Assembly (NCBI GenBank): GCA_033763015.1
Contig: JANRLA010000128.1
Coordinates: forward strand, 1,562-65,561
DNA length: 64,000 nucleotides
From: Bacteroidia bacterium
GTDB lineage: Bacteria > Bacteroidota > Bacteroidia > J057 > JANRLA01
Reading direction: 5' to 3'
How positions within the stretch are numbered: the first letter of the stretch is position 1; each line of letters opens with the position of its first letter. The position numbers were made by a program, and so were the translations under genes. Below the pieces are notes generated by a model. The model was not told the origin of the DNA and did no database searches. It saw only the letters and a list, made by a program, of their open reading frames with translations. Below are positions 1 to 9,359 of this stretch, piece by piece.

Positions 1-1
1 G

Positions 2-1042
2 TGGGAAGTGAGCGAGGCAGAGTTCCGCAGCCTGGTGGCCCGGACCGAGGCCAGCGGCTTTGGCGAGCCCGGCTTCTTCTGGACCAACGACCGGAGCCTG
101 GACTGGGGCACCAACCCCTGCGGCGAGATCAGCCTGCAACCGTACCAGTTCTGTAACCTGACGACCTTCAACGCCTCCGACATCCACGACCAGAGCGAGC
201 TCGAGCACCGCGCGCACGCCGCGGCCACCATCGGCACCCTTCAGGCGGCGTACACCCGCTTTACGTACCTGAGCCCCGATTGGCGTACCACGACCGAGGC
301 CGAAGCACTCTGTGGGGTATCGATGACCGGTGTGGCCGATGGGCGTACCCTGAAGCTGGACATCGCCGCTGCCGCCCGTGTCGTCAACCAGGTCAATGCC
401 ACCCTGGCTGCGGCGCTGGGTATACAGCCTGCCGCCCGCACCACCTGCATCAAACCCGAGGGGACCAGCAGCCTGGTACTGGGCACGGCCTCGGGGGTTC
501 ACGCCCGCCATGCACCGTATTACCTCCGTCGCATCCGCCTGGGGCGCAACGAGGCGATTGCCCAGTACCTGCTGCGGCACCACCCTGAACTGCTGGAGCC
601 TTGCGCCGAAAAGCCGCAGGCCCAGCTCATTTTCACGTGCCCCCAAGCGGCCCCGCCCCACAGCGCGCTGCGCGAGGAGAGTCCCTTCGAGCTGCTCGGG
701 CGTATCGAACGGCTGTACACCGACTGGGTGCTGCCCGGCCACCAAACTGGCGTGAATACCCACAACGTGAGCGCAACCGTAACCCCCCAGCCCGACCACT
801 GGCGCGGGGTGACCGACTGGCTGTGGGCCAACCGCGCGGCCTACCAGGGCATCTCGCTGCTGCCTTTCGACACCGGGGGGTACCGCCAGGCCCCGTTCGA
901 GGCCTGCACCGAAGCCGACTACCACGACCGTAGCCAACACCTGCGCGCGCTGGACCTGAGCCACGTTCGTGAAGCCGCTGCCGACATCGCGCCCGCCACC
1001 CGGGAGCTCGCCTGCGCTGGCGCTGCCTGTGAGATCGTCTAG
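2..1042 (+). CDS. Ribonucleotide reductase, class II (B12-dependent)-like, C-terminal portion; 5' end outside window
   Basis: Frame open from window edge to TAG 1040-1042. Active-site loop GTNPCGEISLQPYQFCNL (NPCGE...CNL as in class II RNRs). C-terminal Cys pair CAGAACEIV. Confidence 0.6.
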   Translation, partial: WEVSEAEFRSLVARTEASGFGEPGFFWTNDRSLDWGTNPCGEISLQPYQFCNLTTFNASDIHDQSELEHRAHAAATIGTLQAAYTRFTYLSPDWRTTTEAEALCGVSMTGVADGRTLKLDIAAAARVVNQVNATLAAALGIQPAARTTCIKPEGTSSLVLGTASGVHARHAPYYLRRIRLGRNEAIAQYLLRHHPELLEPCAEKPQAQLIFTCPQAAPPHSALREESPFELLGRIERLYTDWVLPGHQTGVNTHNVSATVTPQPDHWRGVTDWLWANRAAYQGISLLPFDTGGYRQAPFEACTEADYHDRSQHLRALDLSHVREAAADIAPATRELACAGAACEIV

Positions 1043-1047
1043 CAAAA

Positions 1048-1063
1048 CATGACCTATATCATA
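1048..1063. promoter_or_regulatory. FNR/CRP-like palindrome (site D) upstream of fasciclin gene
   Basis: CATGACCTATATCATA has core TGAC-N4-ATCA, one mismatch to the FNR-family core TGAT-N4-ATCA. Intergenic, ~70 nt upstream of ATG 1129. Resembles three other sites in this cluster. Confidence 0.3.
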
Positions 1064-1067
1064 GAGT

Positions 1068-1090
1068 AAGTAGTGCGACGAGCACTACTT
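1068..1090 (+). terminator. Stem-loop downstream of RNR gene (weak terminator candidate)
   Basis: AAGTAGTGC-gacga-GCACTACTT, 9-bp perfect stem. Only TT follows the stem. Confidence 0.3.
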
Positions 1091-1128
1091 GCAGGTAGTA
1101 ACGACACACCCACTTCACATCCCTACCC

Positions 1129-1677
1129 ATGAAAACAACCCTATTTGTGGCCGCACTCCTTGCCGGAGGTCTGCTCTTCTGTGCCTGCGGTGGCCAGGGT
1201 GGCGGCACCGCCGCCGCTACCGGTGCCCCGGTCGATGGCGGGCAGTCGACGGTGCAGGACGAAACCTCGGCGCCCGACGTAGTACGTGTCGCCGTGGGCT
1301 CGCCCGACCACACCACGCTCGTTGCCGCGCTCAAGGCTGCCGAACTGGTAGATGCCCTCTCGAACGCCGGGCCTTTCACGGTGTTCGCACCCACCAACGC
1401 AGCGTTTGACAAGCTGCCCAAAGGCACGGTAGACGACCTGCTGAAGCCCGAGAACAAGGAAAAGCTCGCCGACATCCTCTCGCACCACGTATACGTGGGC
1501 GTAGTGGCCGACGACCTTTATAGCGACGGGCGGGTACTGAACCAGGTGGACGGCACGAACGTGACCCTGGGCCGTCAAGGCGATGCCCTCACGGTAGATG
1601 GCGCCAAGGTGCTCGCCACGGTGCGGGCCACCAACGGCATTGTATATGTCATCGATTCGGTGGTGCTACCCAAGTAG
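1129..1677 (+). CDS. Fasciclin (FAS1) domain lipoprotein
   Basis: Signal/lipobox-like N-terminus (LLAGGLLFCAC). FAS1 motifs TVFAPTNAAFDKLP and NGIVYVIDSVVLP. Confidence 0.85.
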   Translation: MKTTLFVAALLAGGLLFCACGGQGGGTAAATGAPVDGGQSTVQDETSAPDVVRVAVGSPDHTTLVAALKAAELVDALSNAGPFTVFAPTNAAFDKLPKGTVDDLLKPENKEKLADILSHHVYVGVVADDLYSDGRVLNQVDGTNVTLGRQGDALTVDGAKVLATVRATNGIVYVIDSVVLPK

Positions 1678-1715
1678 CCCACTGTTTACACGAGTTTTTG
1701 TTGTGTGTAGTCGCC

Positions 1716-2939
1716 TTAGCCTTCGGGCTGGGGCGTTTTGGTGTGTGGCCCCCAGGCCGCAATGGCCACTCCGGCAGCGCCCACGAGCAGCAGCAGCGAA
1801 AAGGCCACCAACAGGCTGTAGTAGCCCGGTAGTTTCCCCAGGCCCGCCCAAAACAGGGTGCCTTGGCCAAAGAGCAGCAGCTCGGTCGTTACTACACCAG
1901 CGGCAAAAGTGTACGCCCCCCAGCGCAGCAGGCGTGCGGGCGTCGGCAACCAGCCCCGCTCCAGGGCTACGGCCCAGAGGGTCACGGTGAAGATGCCCAG
2001 CATCATCAGGTGGATGAAGCCCACCACGTAGTTGCGCAGCGTAAAGGCCATGATGGCCACGGGTGGGACGGCCACCAGCGCCTGGATGCCCACCTTGAGC
2101 AGTAGTGCAGCCCCCGCCAGCGCCAGGAGCTGGTAGGCCAGCGGGCTGAGCCGTGCCCGCATCTGGGGCGCTACCGGGCGATAGGCCGCCCAGGTCTGTA
2201 GTCCGGCGTAGAGTTGCAGGAGCACCGCCAAGGCATTGAGTACGTACACCCAGGTGGCGCGTTCGCTCCAGACGATGGCCAGGGCAAATGTCGCCACCGC
2301 AGATACGGCCCAGAGCCGGTGCAATCTACCTGCGCGGGGCAGGGCAATACCCTGCGCGGTAAGCCATTGCAGCAGCAGCGCAGCCGCCGCGAAGAAAAAC
2401 CAGCCGTTGAACTGGTAGTGCAAAAAGAACTGCACCGCCAGCACGAAGAGCTCGGACGACCGGTGGGTGCTGAGCACCACACCCGCAACCCCCCAAAGCC
2501 CCAGGGTAGATACCCCCAAGAACACCAATGCGGTGCGCCACCACGCACCGGCAGGCCCCGCCAGCCGCCCCAGCGTGCCCCAGCCCAGGGCGATGAACCC
2601 GTACGAAACCAGCACCTGCAGGGTAGAGAAGGCCGATGACACCGGCCCGTAGCTCTGGTACGGGAAGGCCACAAACATGCCCACCACCGCCAACTGGTTC
2701 AGGGCAAAAAGCCACAGGCCCCAACGGCGCTGCACAGGCCCTAGCGGCACCCCCAACAGGCCCAGGCCCAGCAGCGCCGGAAACAGCCACCCCAGCATGG
2801 CGCCGTGCGAGTGGCCGTGCAGCCAGGCCCGAAACGTGATGGGCAGCTCGACGAGGTACACCAGCCGTAGCGTAACCCCCAGCGCCGCAGCCACCACCAG
2901 ATTGACCAGCGCCAGCCGCCACCAAAGCCTCAGGTGCAT
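1716..2939 (-). CDS. Polytopic integral membrane protein (possibly NnrS-like; family assignment is a guess)
   Basis: 407 aa, about 11-12 hydrophobic helices. His-containing motifs LHGHSHGAMLGW, FFLHYQFNGW, GFIHLMMLG. Divergent from the Crp/Fnr gene next to the nos cluster. Confidence 0.55.
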   Translation of the reverse strand: MHLRLWWRLALVNLVVAAALGVTLRLVYLVELPITFRAWLHGHSHGAMLGWLFPALLGLGLLGVPLGPVQRRWGLWLFALNQLAVVGMFVAFPYQSYGPVSSAFSTLQVLVSYGFIALGWGTLGRLAGPAGAWWRTALVFLGVSTLGLWGVAGVVLSTHRSSELFVLAVQFFLHYQFNGWFFFAAAALLLQWLTAQGIALPRAGRLHRLWAVSAVATFALAIVWSERATWVYVLNALAVLLQLYAGLQTWAAYRPVAPQMRARLSPLAYQLLALAGAALLLKVGIQALVAVPPVAIMAFTLRNYVVGFIHLMMLGIFTVTLWAVALERGWLPTPARLLRWGAYTFAAGVVTTELLLFGQGTLFWAGLGKLPGYYSLLVAFSLLLLVGAAGVAIAAWGPHTKTPQPEG

Positions 2940-2986
2940 AAACGTATGTAGATTAGCCAGTTGTAAAGAAAAAATGGCCGCAAAAG

Positions 2987-3002
2987 CATGATTTTAGTCA
3001 TG
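2987..3002. promoter_or_regulatory. FNR/CRP-like palindrome (site B) in divergent promoter region
   Basis: CATGATTTTAGTCATG reads as ATGAT-TTTA-GTCAT, or as the perfect palindrome CATGA-N6-TCATG. Lies between the membrane-protein gene (start 2939, minus) and the crp/fnr gene (start 3035). Confidence 0.35.
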
Positions 3003-3034
3003 ATTAGCAGTGCAATTACGCACAAAACTCGCAG

Positions 3035-3634
3035 ATGCTAGAGCCCGTCATTCTCCCTGCGGTGCTACAGGAGTTCGGGGGCCGGTTGCAGCAATTTGGC
3101 CGCAAAGCGCCCATTTTTGCCGAAGGCCAAGAGGCCCTGCACTACTACCAGCTCGACTACGGCCTGGTGAAGATGGCCAACTACGGGGCCAAGCGCGAGC
3201 GGACGCAGAAGTTCTTTTTCCCCGGTGAGAGTTTTGGCGAGCCCGCCCTGCTGGGCGGCTTTGCCTACCCCGCAGCAGCCGTAGCCACCGAGCCCAGCGG
3301 CGTATGGCTTTTGCCCCGCGCCGACTTCTACCACATGCTGCGCCAGGCCCCCGAGGCGCACTTGCGCCTCACGCGCCACCTCTGCAACCGGCTGCTGTAC
3401 AAAAACATGCTCCTCAGGGGGGCCGCCGAAGAGACCCCCGAAGCGCGCATCCTGGCGCTGCTGCGCTACTACCGCCGCCAAACCGCTGCCACGGGTGCGT
3501 TCCGGGTACCCTTTACGCGGCAGGAGATCGCCGACATGCTGGGCCTACGCGTCGAGACGGTCATCCGGGCCTGCCTGGAGCTTATCCGCAACGGGGCGCT
3601 ACAGCGGCAGGACCGCACATTAATTCTGCCGTAG
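3035..3634 (+). CDS. Crp/Fnr family transcriptional regulator
   Basis: 199 aa with an N-terminal cNMP-binding-like beta-roll (FFFPGESFGEPALLG). C-terminal HTH (FTRQEIADMLGLRVETVIRACLEL). Confidence 0.85.
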   Translation: MLEPVILPAVLQEFGGRLQQFGRKAPIFAEGQEALHYYQLDYGLVKMANYGAKRERTQKFFFPGESFGEPALLGGFAYPAAAVATEPSGVWLLPRADFYHMLRQAPEAHLRLTRHLCNRLLYKNMLLRGAAEETPEARILALLRYYRRQTAATGAFRVPFTRQEIADMLGLRVETVIRACLELIRNGALQRQDRTLILP

Positions 3635-3649
3635 AAAATCCCGTCAGTA

Positions 3650-3665
3650 TATGATGTAAATCATA
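3650..3665. promoter_or_regulatory. FNR/CRP-like palindrome (site A) upstream of cytochrome c-nosZ operon
   Basis: TATGATGTAAATCATA has perfect 6-bp inverted arms with a 4-bp spacer and the full core TGAT-N4-ATCA. Lies 51-66 nt upstream of ATG 3716 and just after the crp/fnr stop (3634). Confidence 0.45.
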
Positions 3666-3715
3666 GTTCGTGTGGTGGGAGGGGTGCGTACTTCGGCCCA
3701 AACCTCAACACACAC

Positions 3716-4192
3716 ATGGTACCACGCACAACCACGTATGCAGTCGTAGCGGCTTTTGTGCTCATCAGCGCGTTTGCCGTGAGCTGTGGCTCGGGTGGCG
3801 ACAAGCCCACCGAGAACACCACAACCCCCTCTCAGACCAACGCCGCTGGCACCCCCAAGCCCGGCATGATTCAACCCTCCGATGTCACCCTGGGGGCGCT
3901 AGACGCCGCCGTGGCCGAGAAAGGCAAAACCACCTACGACGTGAAATGCCAGGCCTGCCATAGCCTGGAGAGTAACCGGGTAGTCGGGCCGGGCTGGAAA
4001 GGCATCACCACCCGCCGCGAGCCCCACTGGATTCTGAACATGGCCGTGAACACCGATGCCATGCTGGCCGACGACCCCGAGGCCCAGAAGCAGCTTGAGG
4101 AGTGTCTGGTGCGTATGCCCAACCAGGGCCTCTCGAAAACCGAAGCCCGCGAGGTGCTCGAATTCATGCGCCAAAACGACGGTGTTAAGTAG
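3716..4192 (+). CDS. Mono-haem cytochrome c lipoprotein, nos-associated
   Basis: Lipobox-like AFAVSCGSG. Single CQACH haem-binding motif. Immediately upstream of nosZ. Confidence 0.8.
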   Translation: MVPRTTTYAVVAAFVLISAFAVSCGSGGDKPTENTTTPSQTNAAGTPKPGMIQPSDVTLGALDAAVAEKGKTTYDVKCQACHSLESNRVVGPGWKGITTRREPHWILNMAVNTDAMLADDPEAQKQLEECLVRMPNQGLSKTEAREVLEFMRQNDGVK

Positions 4193-4244
4193 CCTGTAAA
4201 ACCTACAACCTGGAACCCCTTTTACCTCTCCATACCAACCTCAT

Positions 4245-6239
4245 ATGAAAACCAGCCTTTTGCGCTACGGCCTGCTCCTGTTGGGGGTAGTGGCCGTGGT
4301 GGTGGTACTGCAGCTCACGCCGGGCTGCAAGTCGAGCAGCGCGACCGCCGTGGGCGGCGATGCGGCCAGCAAAGTGTACGTGGCCCCAGGCTCGTACGAC
4401 GAGTTTTACAACTTCGTTTCGGGCGGCTTTAGCGGCCAGCTCTCGGTGTACGGCCTGCCCTCGGGTCGGATGCTGAAGAACATCCCGGTGCTTTCGGTGA
4501 ACCCCGAAACGGGCTACGGCTACAGCGAAGAGACGAAAGGTATGCTCATGACCAGCCACGGCTTTGTGCCCTGGGACGATACCCACCACCCTGAGCTCTC
4601 GCAAACCGACGGCGTACCGGACGGTCGGTGGTGCTTCATCAACGGCAACAACACGCCCCGGATCGCACTGGTAGACCTGGCGTACTTCAAGACCCGCTCG
4701 GTGATCGAAATCCCGAACAGCGCGGGCAACCACTCCTCGCCCTTCATCACGGGCAACAGTGAGTACGTCGTGGCCGGTACACGCTTTAGTGTGCCCATTA
4801 CGGGCAACCAGGACGTGCCCATCAGCTCGTACAAAGAGAACTTCCAGGGCACCGTTTCGTTCATCCACCCCGATGCGGCGACGGGCAAAATGGAGGTCGC
4901 CTTCCAGATCCTGTGCCCCGGGGTCAACTTCGACCTGAGCCACGCGGGCAAGGGCCCCTCAGAGGGCTGGTTCTTTTTCAGCTGCTACAACACCGAACAG
5001 GCCTACAACCTGCTCGAGGTAAACGCCAGCCAGCGCGACAAAGACTTCATCATGGCCGTGAACTGGAAGAAGGCCGAGGAGTACGTCAAGGCCGGCAAGG
5101 GCAAAAAAGTAGCGGGCAAGCACCTGCACAACTGGTTCAACGAAAAGACCCAGATGGCCGAAACCGAAGTGCGTACCGAGGTCATCCAGCTCGACCCCAA
5201 GGAGCTGAAAGACATCGTGTACTTTGTGCCCTGCCCGAAATCGCCCCACGGGTGCGACGTAGACCCCTCGGGCAAGTACTTCATTGGCTCGGGTAAGCTC
5301 GCGGCGCTGATTCCGGTCTTCTCGTTCGAGAAGCTGCAGAAGGCCATTGCGGCAGGTGACTTTGAGGGCGAGTTTGGCGGCCTGCCGGTGGTTAAGTACG
5401 AGTCGGCGCTACACGGCGAGGTGAAAAAACCCGGCCTGGGCCCGCTGCACACCGAGTTCGACGGCAAAGGCTTTGCCTACACCTCGATGTTCGTTTCCTC
5501 CGAAATCGTGAAGTGGGACATCGAGAAGCTCGAGGTAGTAGACCGCGTACCGACCTACTACTCCATCGGTCACCTCTGCATCCCCGGCGGCGACAGCAAG
5601 AAGCCCTGGGGCAAGTACGTCATCGCGTACAACAAGATCACCAAAGACCGCTACCTGCCCACGGGCCCCGAGCTCACGCAGAGCGCACAGCTCTACGACA
5701 TCTCGGGCGATAAGATGCAGCTGCTGCTCGACTTCCCGACCATCGGCGAGCCCCACTACGCCCAGGCACTACCCGCCGAGCTGGTGACCAAGAACAGCAA
5801 GAAGATCTACCCCATCGGCGAAAACGAGAACCCCTACGTAGCCAAAGGCGAAAAGGAAACGAAGGTGGAGCGCAAAGGCAAGGAAGTGCACATCTGGATG
5901 ACGGCCATCCGCAGCCACCTGACGCCCGACAACATCGAGGGCATCAAGCTCGGCGACGAGGTGTACTTCCACGTTACGAACCTGGAGCAGGACTGGGACG
6001 TGCCCCACGGCTTTGCCGTCAAAGGCGCCAACACGTCCGAAATCTTGATCATGCCCGGCGAAACCCTGACCCTAAAGTGGGTGCCCGACCGTGTGGGGAT
6101 CTTCCCCTTCTACTGCACCGACTTCTGCTCGGCGCTGCACCAAGAAATGCAAGGCTACGCCCGGGTATCGCCCGCAGGCTCAAACGTACCCCTGACCTGG
6201 AAAACGACCAGTAAAGACGCCGCCGGTGCGGCGCAGTAA
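4245..6239 (+). CDS. nosZ: Nitrous-oxide reductase, clade II (Sec-type signal)
   Basis: 664 aa. Hydrophobic N-terminal signal without a twin-arginine motif. C-terminal CuA motif FYCTDFCSALHQEMQGY. Followed by nosB-like/L/D/F/Y. Confidence 0.95.
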   Translation: MKTSLLRYGLLLLGVVAVVVVLQLTPGCKSSSATAVGGDAASKVYVAPGSYDEFYNFVSGGFSGQLSVYGLPSGRMLKNIPVLSVNPETGYGYSEETKGMLMTSHGFVPWDDTHHPELSQTDGVPDGRWCFINGNNTPRIALVDLAYFKTRSVIEIPNSAGNHSSPFITGNSEYVVAGTRFSVPITGNQDVPISSYKENFQGTVSFIHPDAATGKMEVAFQILCPGVNFDLSHAGKGPSEGWFFFSCYNTEQAYNLLEVNASQRDKDFIMAVNWKKAEEYVKAGKGKKVAGKHLHNWFNEKTQMAETEVRTEVIQLDPKELKDIVYFVPCPKSPHGCDVDPSGKYFIGSGKLAALIPVFSFEKLQKAIAAGDFEGEFGGLPVVKYESALHGEVKKPGLGPLHTEFDGKGFAYTSMFVSSEIVKWDIEKLEVVDRVPTYYSIGHLCIPGGDSKKPWGKYVIAYNKITKDRYLPTGPELTQSAQLYDISGDKMQLLLDFPTIGEPHYAQALPAELVTKNSKKIYPIGENENPYVAKGEKETKVERKGKEVHIWMTAIRSHLTPDNIEGIKLGDEVYFHVTNLEQDWDVPHGFAVKGANTSEILIMPGETLTLKWVPDRVGIFPFYCTDFCSALHQEMQGYARVSPAGSNVPLTWKTTSKDAAGAAQ

Positions 6240-6266
6240 GCGCGTTGTGTGTAGTGTAATTAACCG

Positions 6267-6301
6267 GGCGCGGGGGTGGCCCCTACGGCCGCCCCCCCGC
6301 C
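6267..6301 (+). other. GC-rich stem-loop between nosZ and downstream gene
   Basis: GGCGCGGGGGTGGCC-cctac-GGCCGCCCCCCCGCC, about 15-bp stem with one G-U and one mismatch. No T-run, so more likely an intra-operon stabiliser or attenuator than a terminator. Confidence 0.35.
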
Positions 6302-6327
6302 TGGTGGGTAGCTAACCCCCCTTACGT

Positions 6328-6954
6328 ATGAAACCCCTTTCCCGCAGCCTCATTGCAGTGGCTGCCCTGAGCCTGGCCGCGCTCTACGTAGTGCCTATCT
6401 GGCGCATCGACCTCTCCGCCCCCCAGTACCCCGAAGGACTGGGCATGAAAATCTGGATTGACCACCTGAGTGGCCAAATTGATCAAATCAACGGCCTGAA
6501 CCACTACATCGGCATGGCCGTCATTACCGAAGACCAATTCAAGGAATTTCTATACATGAAGTACCTGGTGGCAGTGCTCATTGGGCTGGGCCTCGTGGCC
6601 GCCGCCTGGAACAAGCGCTGGCTGGTACTCACCTGGACTACCTCGATAGCCGCGATGGGCGTACTGGCCCTTTACGACATGTACCAGTGGGGCTACAAGT
6701 ACGGCCACGAGCTCGACCCCACCGCTGCCATCAAGGTGGAGGGCATGGCCTACCAGCCGCCGCTCATTGGGTTTAAGCAACTGCTCAACTTCGGCGCGTG
6801 GTCGCTGCCCGATATCGGGGGCATCCTGCTGTGGCTGGCCCTACTGGTCGGCGCGGGCGTATGTTTCTACGAGTGTTACCTGCGGGGCCGTAAGCAGCGG
6901 CGCAGCCAGACAACCCAAACCACCGCCACCCGTGCGACCACACTTCTGGCGTAA
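6328..6954 (+). CDS. nosB: NosB-like transmembrane protein (gene immediately downstream of clade II nosZ)
   Basis: 208 aa, about 4-5 hydrophobic helices. The position matches the nosB slot described for clade II nos clusters. Confidence 0.55.
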   Translation: MKPLSRSLIAVAALSLAALYVVPIWRIDLSAPQYPEGLGMKIWIDHLSGQIDQINGLNHYIGMAVITEDQFKEFLYMKYLVAVLIGLGLVAAAWNKRWLVLTWTTSIAAMGVLALYDMYQWGYKYGHELDPTAAIKVEGMAYQPPLIGFKQLLNFGAWSLPDIGGILLWLALLVGAGVCFYECYLRGRKQRRSQTTQTTATRATTLLA

Positions 6955-7381
6955 CCTGGCAGTAGCCCTCACGGCGCTAGGCACTGCGTGTGCGCCCAAG
7001 GCCCCCAGCATTGACTACGGGCACCTGGAGTGCAGCCACTGCCGCATGACGGTGGTAGACGATCAGTTCGGGGCGCTGCTCCTGACGACCAAGGGTCGGC
7101 AGTACGCCTTTGATGCGCCCGAGTGCCTGGTGCCGTTCCTGGAGTCGGGCACCGTGCCAACGGGCGAGGTGAGAGCACTCTACGTGTCAGACTACGCTGC
7201 GCCCGGCGCGCTCCTCGAAGCCACCGGCGCGTTATACCTCTACAGCCCCAAGCTGCAAAGCCCCATGGCCGGTAACGTGGCCGCCTTCGCCACCGAAGAT
7301 GCCCGGCACCACGTACATCATACCCTGGGTGGTACCTTGCTCACATGGCCCGAGGTGCTCGAGCGGTTTTCTAAGCGGTAG
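6932..7381 (+). CDS. nosL: NosL copper-chaperone lipoprotein
   Basis: ORF-track start 6767 overlaps the upstream gene by 188 nt. In-frame GTG at 6932 gives a signal peptide, (M)RPHFWRNLAVALTALGTAC. Body contains HCRMTV...AFDAPEC...SPMAGNVAAF, typical of NosL. Confidence 0.7.
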   Translation: MRPHFWRNLAVALTALGTACAPKAPSIDYGHLECSHCRMTVVDDQFGALLLTTKGRQYAFDAPECLVPFLESGTVPTGEVRALYVSDYAAPGALLEATGALYLYSPKLQSPMAGNVAAFATEDARHHVHHTLGGTLLTWPEVLERFSKR

Positions 7382-7383
7382 CT

Positions 7384-8649
7384 ATGGCACGGCAATTTCT
7401 CTGCCTGGTGCTCCTGCTGGGGTGCCTGAGCGCCGGTGGGCAAACCACCTGGCACGTGGGGCCCACGCAGCCCCACACTTCGCTGGCCAACACCCTGGCG
7501 CGGGCCCAGCCCGGCGACAGCATTGTGGTGCACCCCGGCGAGTACTGTGAGGGCAACTACCGCATCACGACCCCCCGCCTGGTGCTCTCGGGCCGAGGCT
7601 ACCCGGTGCTCGATGGCCAGGGCAAGGTCGAAATCCTCTCGGTACAGGCCGATAGCGTAACCATTGAAGGGTTTGTGGTGCGCAACAGCGCCTACGGTAG
7701 CCTGTCGGACTACGCCGGTATCAAACTGGCCGCCAGCCGGGGCCATACCGTACGCAACAACCGCCTGGAGGGTACCTTCTTCGGCATCTTTCTGGGCGAT
7801 GTAACCGGCGCCGTTATTACCGGCAACGAGGTGACCGGCACCCAGCTGGAGGAGAGCAAATCGGGCAACGGCATCCACCTCTGGAAGTGCCGTGGCATCC
7901 ACCTGGAAGGCAACACCGTACGCGGCCACCGCGACGGCATCTACCTCGAGTTTGCCACCGCCAGTACCCTGGTGGGCAACCGCAGCGAGGGCAACATCCG
8001 GTACGGGCTGCACTTCATGTTCTCGCACGACAACGCCTACACCGAAAACACCTTCCGGAACAACGGGGCCGGCGTGGCCGTGATGTACACACGCAACGTG
8101 CGCATGGTGCGCAACCGCTTCGAGGCCAACCGCGGCACAGGAGCCTACGGCCTGCTGTTAAAGGATATTTCGGACAGCGAGGTCACCCAGAACATTTTCG
8201 AGGACAATACCTCGGCCATCTACCTCGAGGGCACCAACCGCGTGCGGGTGCACGAGAACCTCTTCCGGCGCAACGGCTGGGCCGTGCGGCTGCTGGCCAA
8301 TTGCGCCGACAACAGCTTCGTCCACAACGACTTCATCGGCAATACCTTCGATGTCTCGACCAATGGCAACCTTGTGTTGAATCTCCTAAGCCAAAACTAC
8401 TGGGACAAGTACCGTGGCTACGACCTGGACCGCGACCGCATCGGCGACGTGGGCTACCGGCCCGTAAGCCTTTACTCCGTCGTCATCGAACGCATGCCCT
8501 TTGCCCTGGTACTCATGCGCAGCCTGTTGGTGGGCCTGTTGGACCAGACCGAGCGGCTCATCCCCTCGCTCACGCCCACCGACCTGATTGACGAGCGGCC
8601 GCTGCTCGTGCCCTTTGGCCCCCTCACCGGGCAGGAGGTAGGCGCGTGA
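7384..8649 (+). CDS. nosD: NosD periplasmic beta-helix protein
   Basis: Signal peptide. Repeated NNxxxGxxxGI beta-helix units (VRNNRLEGTFFGIFL, GNGIHLW, RDGIYLE, RYGLHFM). Position upstream of nosF/nosY. Confidence 0.9.
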   Translation: MARQFLCLVLLLGCLSAGGQTTWHVGPTQPHTSLANTLARAQPGDSIVVHPGEYCEGNYRITTPRLVLSGRGYPVLDGQGKVEILSVQADSVTIEGFVVRNSAYGSLSDYAGIKLAASRGHTVRNNRLEGTFFGIFLGDVTGAVITGNEVTGTQLEESKSGNGIHLWKCRGIHLEGNTVRGHRDGIYLEFATASTLVGNRSEGNIRYGLHFMFSHDNAYTENTFRNNGAGVAVMYTRNVRMVRNRFEANRGTGAYGLLLKDISDSEVTQNIFEDNTSAIYLEGTNRVRVHENLFRRNGWAVRLLANCADNSFVHNDFIGNTFDVSTNGNLVLNLLSQNYWDKYRGYDLDRDRIGDVGYRPVSLYSVVIERMPFALVLMRSLLVGLLDQTERLIPSLTPTDLIDERPLLVPFGPLTGQEVGA

Positions 8650-9359
8650 TCCGGGTCGAGGGCCTTTCGAAGCGCTACGGGAAGCTATGGGCCCTACGCG
8701 GGGTGAGCTGCTCGTTCCGGCCCGGTGAGGTGACGGCCCTGATCGGCCCCAATGGCTCGGGCAAAACCACGCTCATCAAGTCTATCCTCGGGGCCGTGCG
8801 GCCCACCGAGGGCAAACTATGGTTGGGCGACACGCCCATTGGCACCGACCCGGCCTACCGGGCCCGCCTGGGCTACATGCCCCAGATAGGCCGCTACCCT
8901 GATAACCTGACCATCGGGCAACTGCTCGACATGATGCAGGACCTGCGGGGCCAGCCCACGGGGGGGTGCGACGACCGGCTGGTGTCGGTCTTGGGCATCG
9001 ACCGCCAGCTGGGCAAGAAGCTCGGCGCCCTTTCGGGGGGTACCCGCCAGAAGGTGAGCGCCATCCTGGCGTTCCGCTTCCGGCCCGAGGTACTCATACT
9101 CGACGAGCCCACGGCGGGGCTAGACCCCGTCTCGGCCGAATCCATCCTCGAGGCCGTGGGGCAGGCCGTGGCCGCAGGGGTGGCGGTGGTCATCACCTCG
9201 CACATCATGAACGAGGTCGAGGCCGTCGCCAACCGCGTTACCTACCTGGCCGAAGGGCGGCTGCTGTTCAGCGAAACGGCCGCCGACCTTCAGGCCCGCA
9301 CCCAGGAAACGCGGCTCAGTGCCGCCATTGCCCACTATGCCAAAGCGTGTCATGGGTAA
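8646..9359 (+). CDS. nosF: NosF ABC transporter ATPase
   Basis: Walker A GPNGSGKTT, signature LSGGTRQK, Walker B VLILDEPTAGLD. 4-nt overlap with nosD. Confidence 0.9.
   Translation: MIRVEGLSKRYGKLWALRGVSCSFRPGEVTALIGPNGSGKTTLIKSILGAVRPTEGKLWLGDTPIGTDPAYRARLGYMPQIGRYPDNLTIGQLLDMMQDLRGQPTGGCDDRLVSVLGIDRQLGKKLGALSGGTRQKVSAILAFRFRPEVLILDEPTAGLDPVSAESILEAVGQAVAAGVAVVITSHIMNEVEAVANRVTYLAEGRLLFSETAADLQARTQETRLSAAIAHYAKACHG

Noticed and set aside
6767-6931. N-terminal 55 codons of the ORF-track nosL ORF
   Set aside because: They overlap the upstream membrane-protein gene by 188 nt and are Cys/Ser/Ala-rich nonsense. The in-frame GTG at 6932 yields a proper lipoprotein signal peptide.
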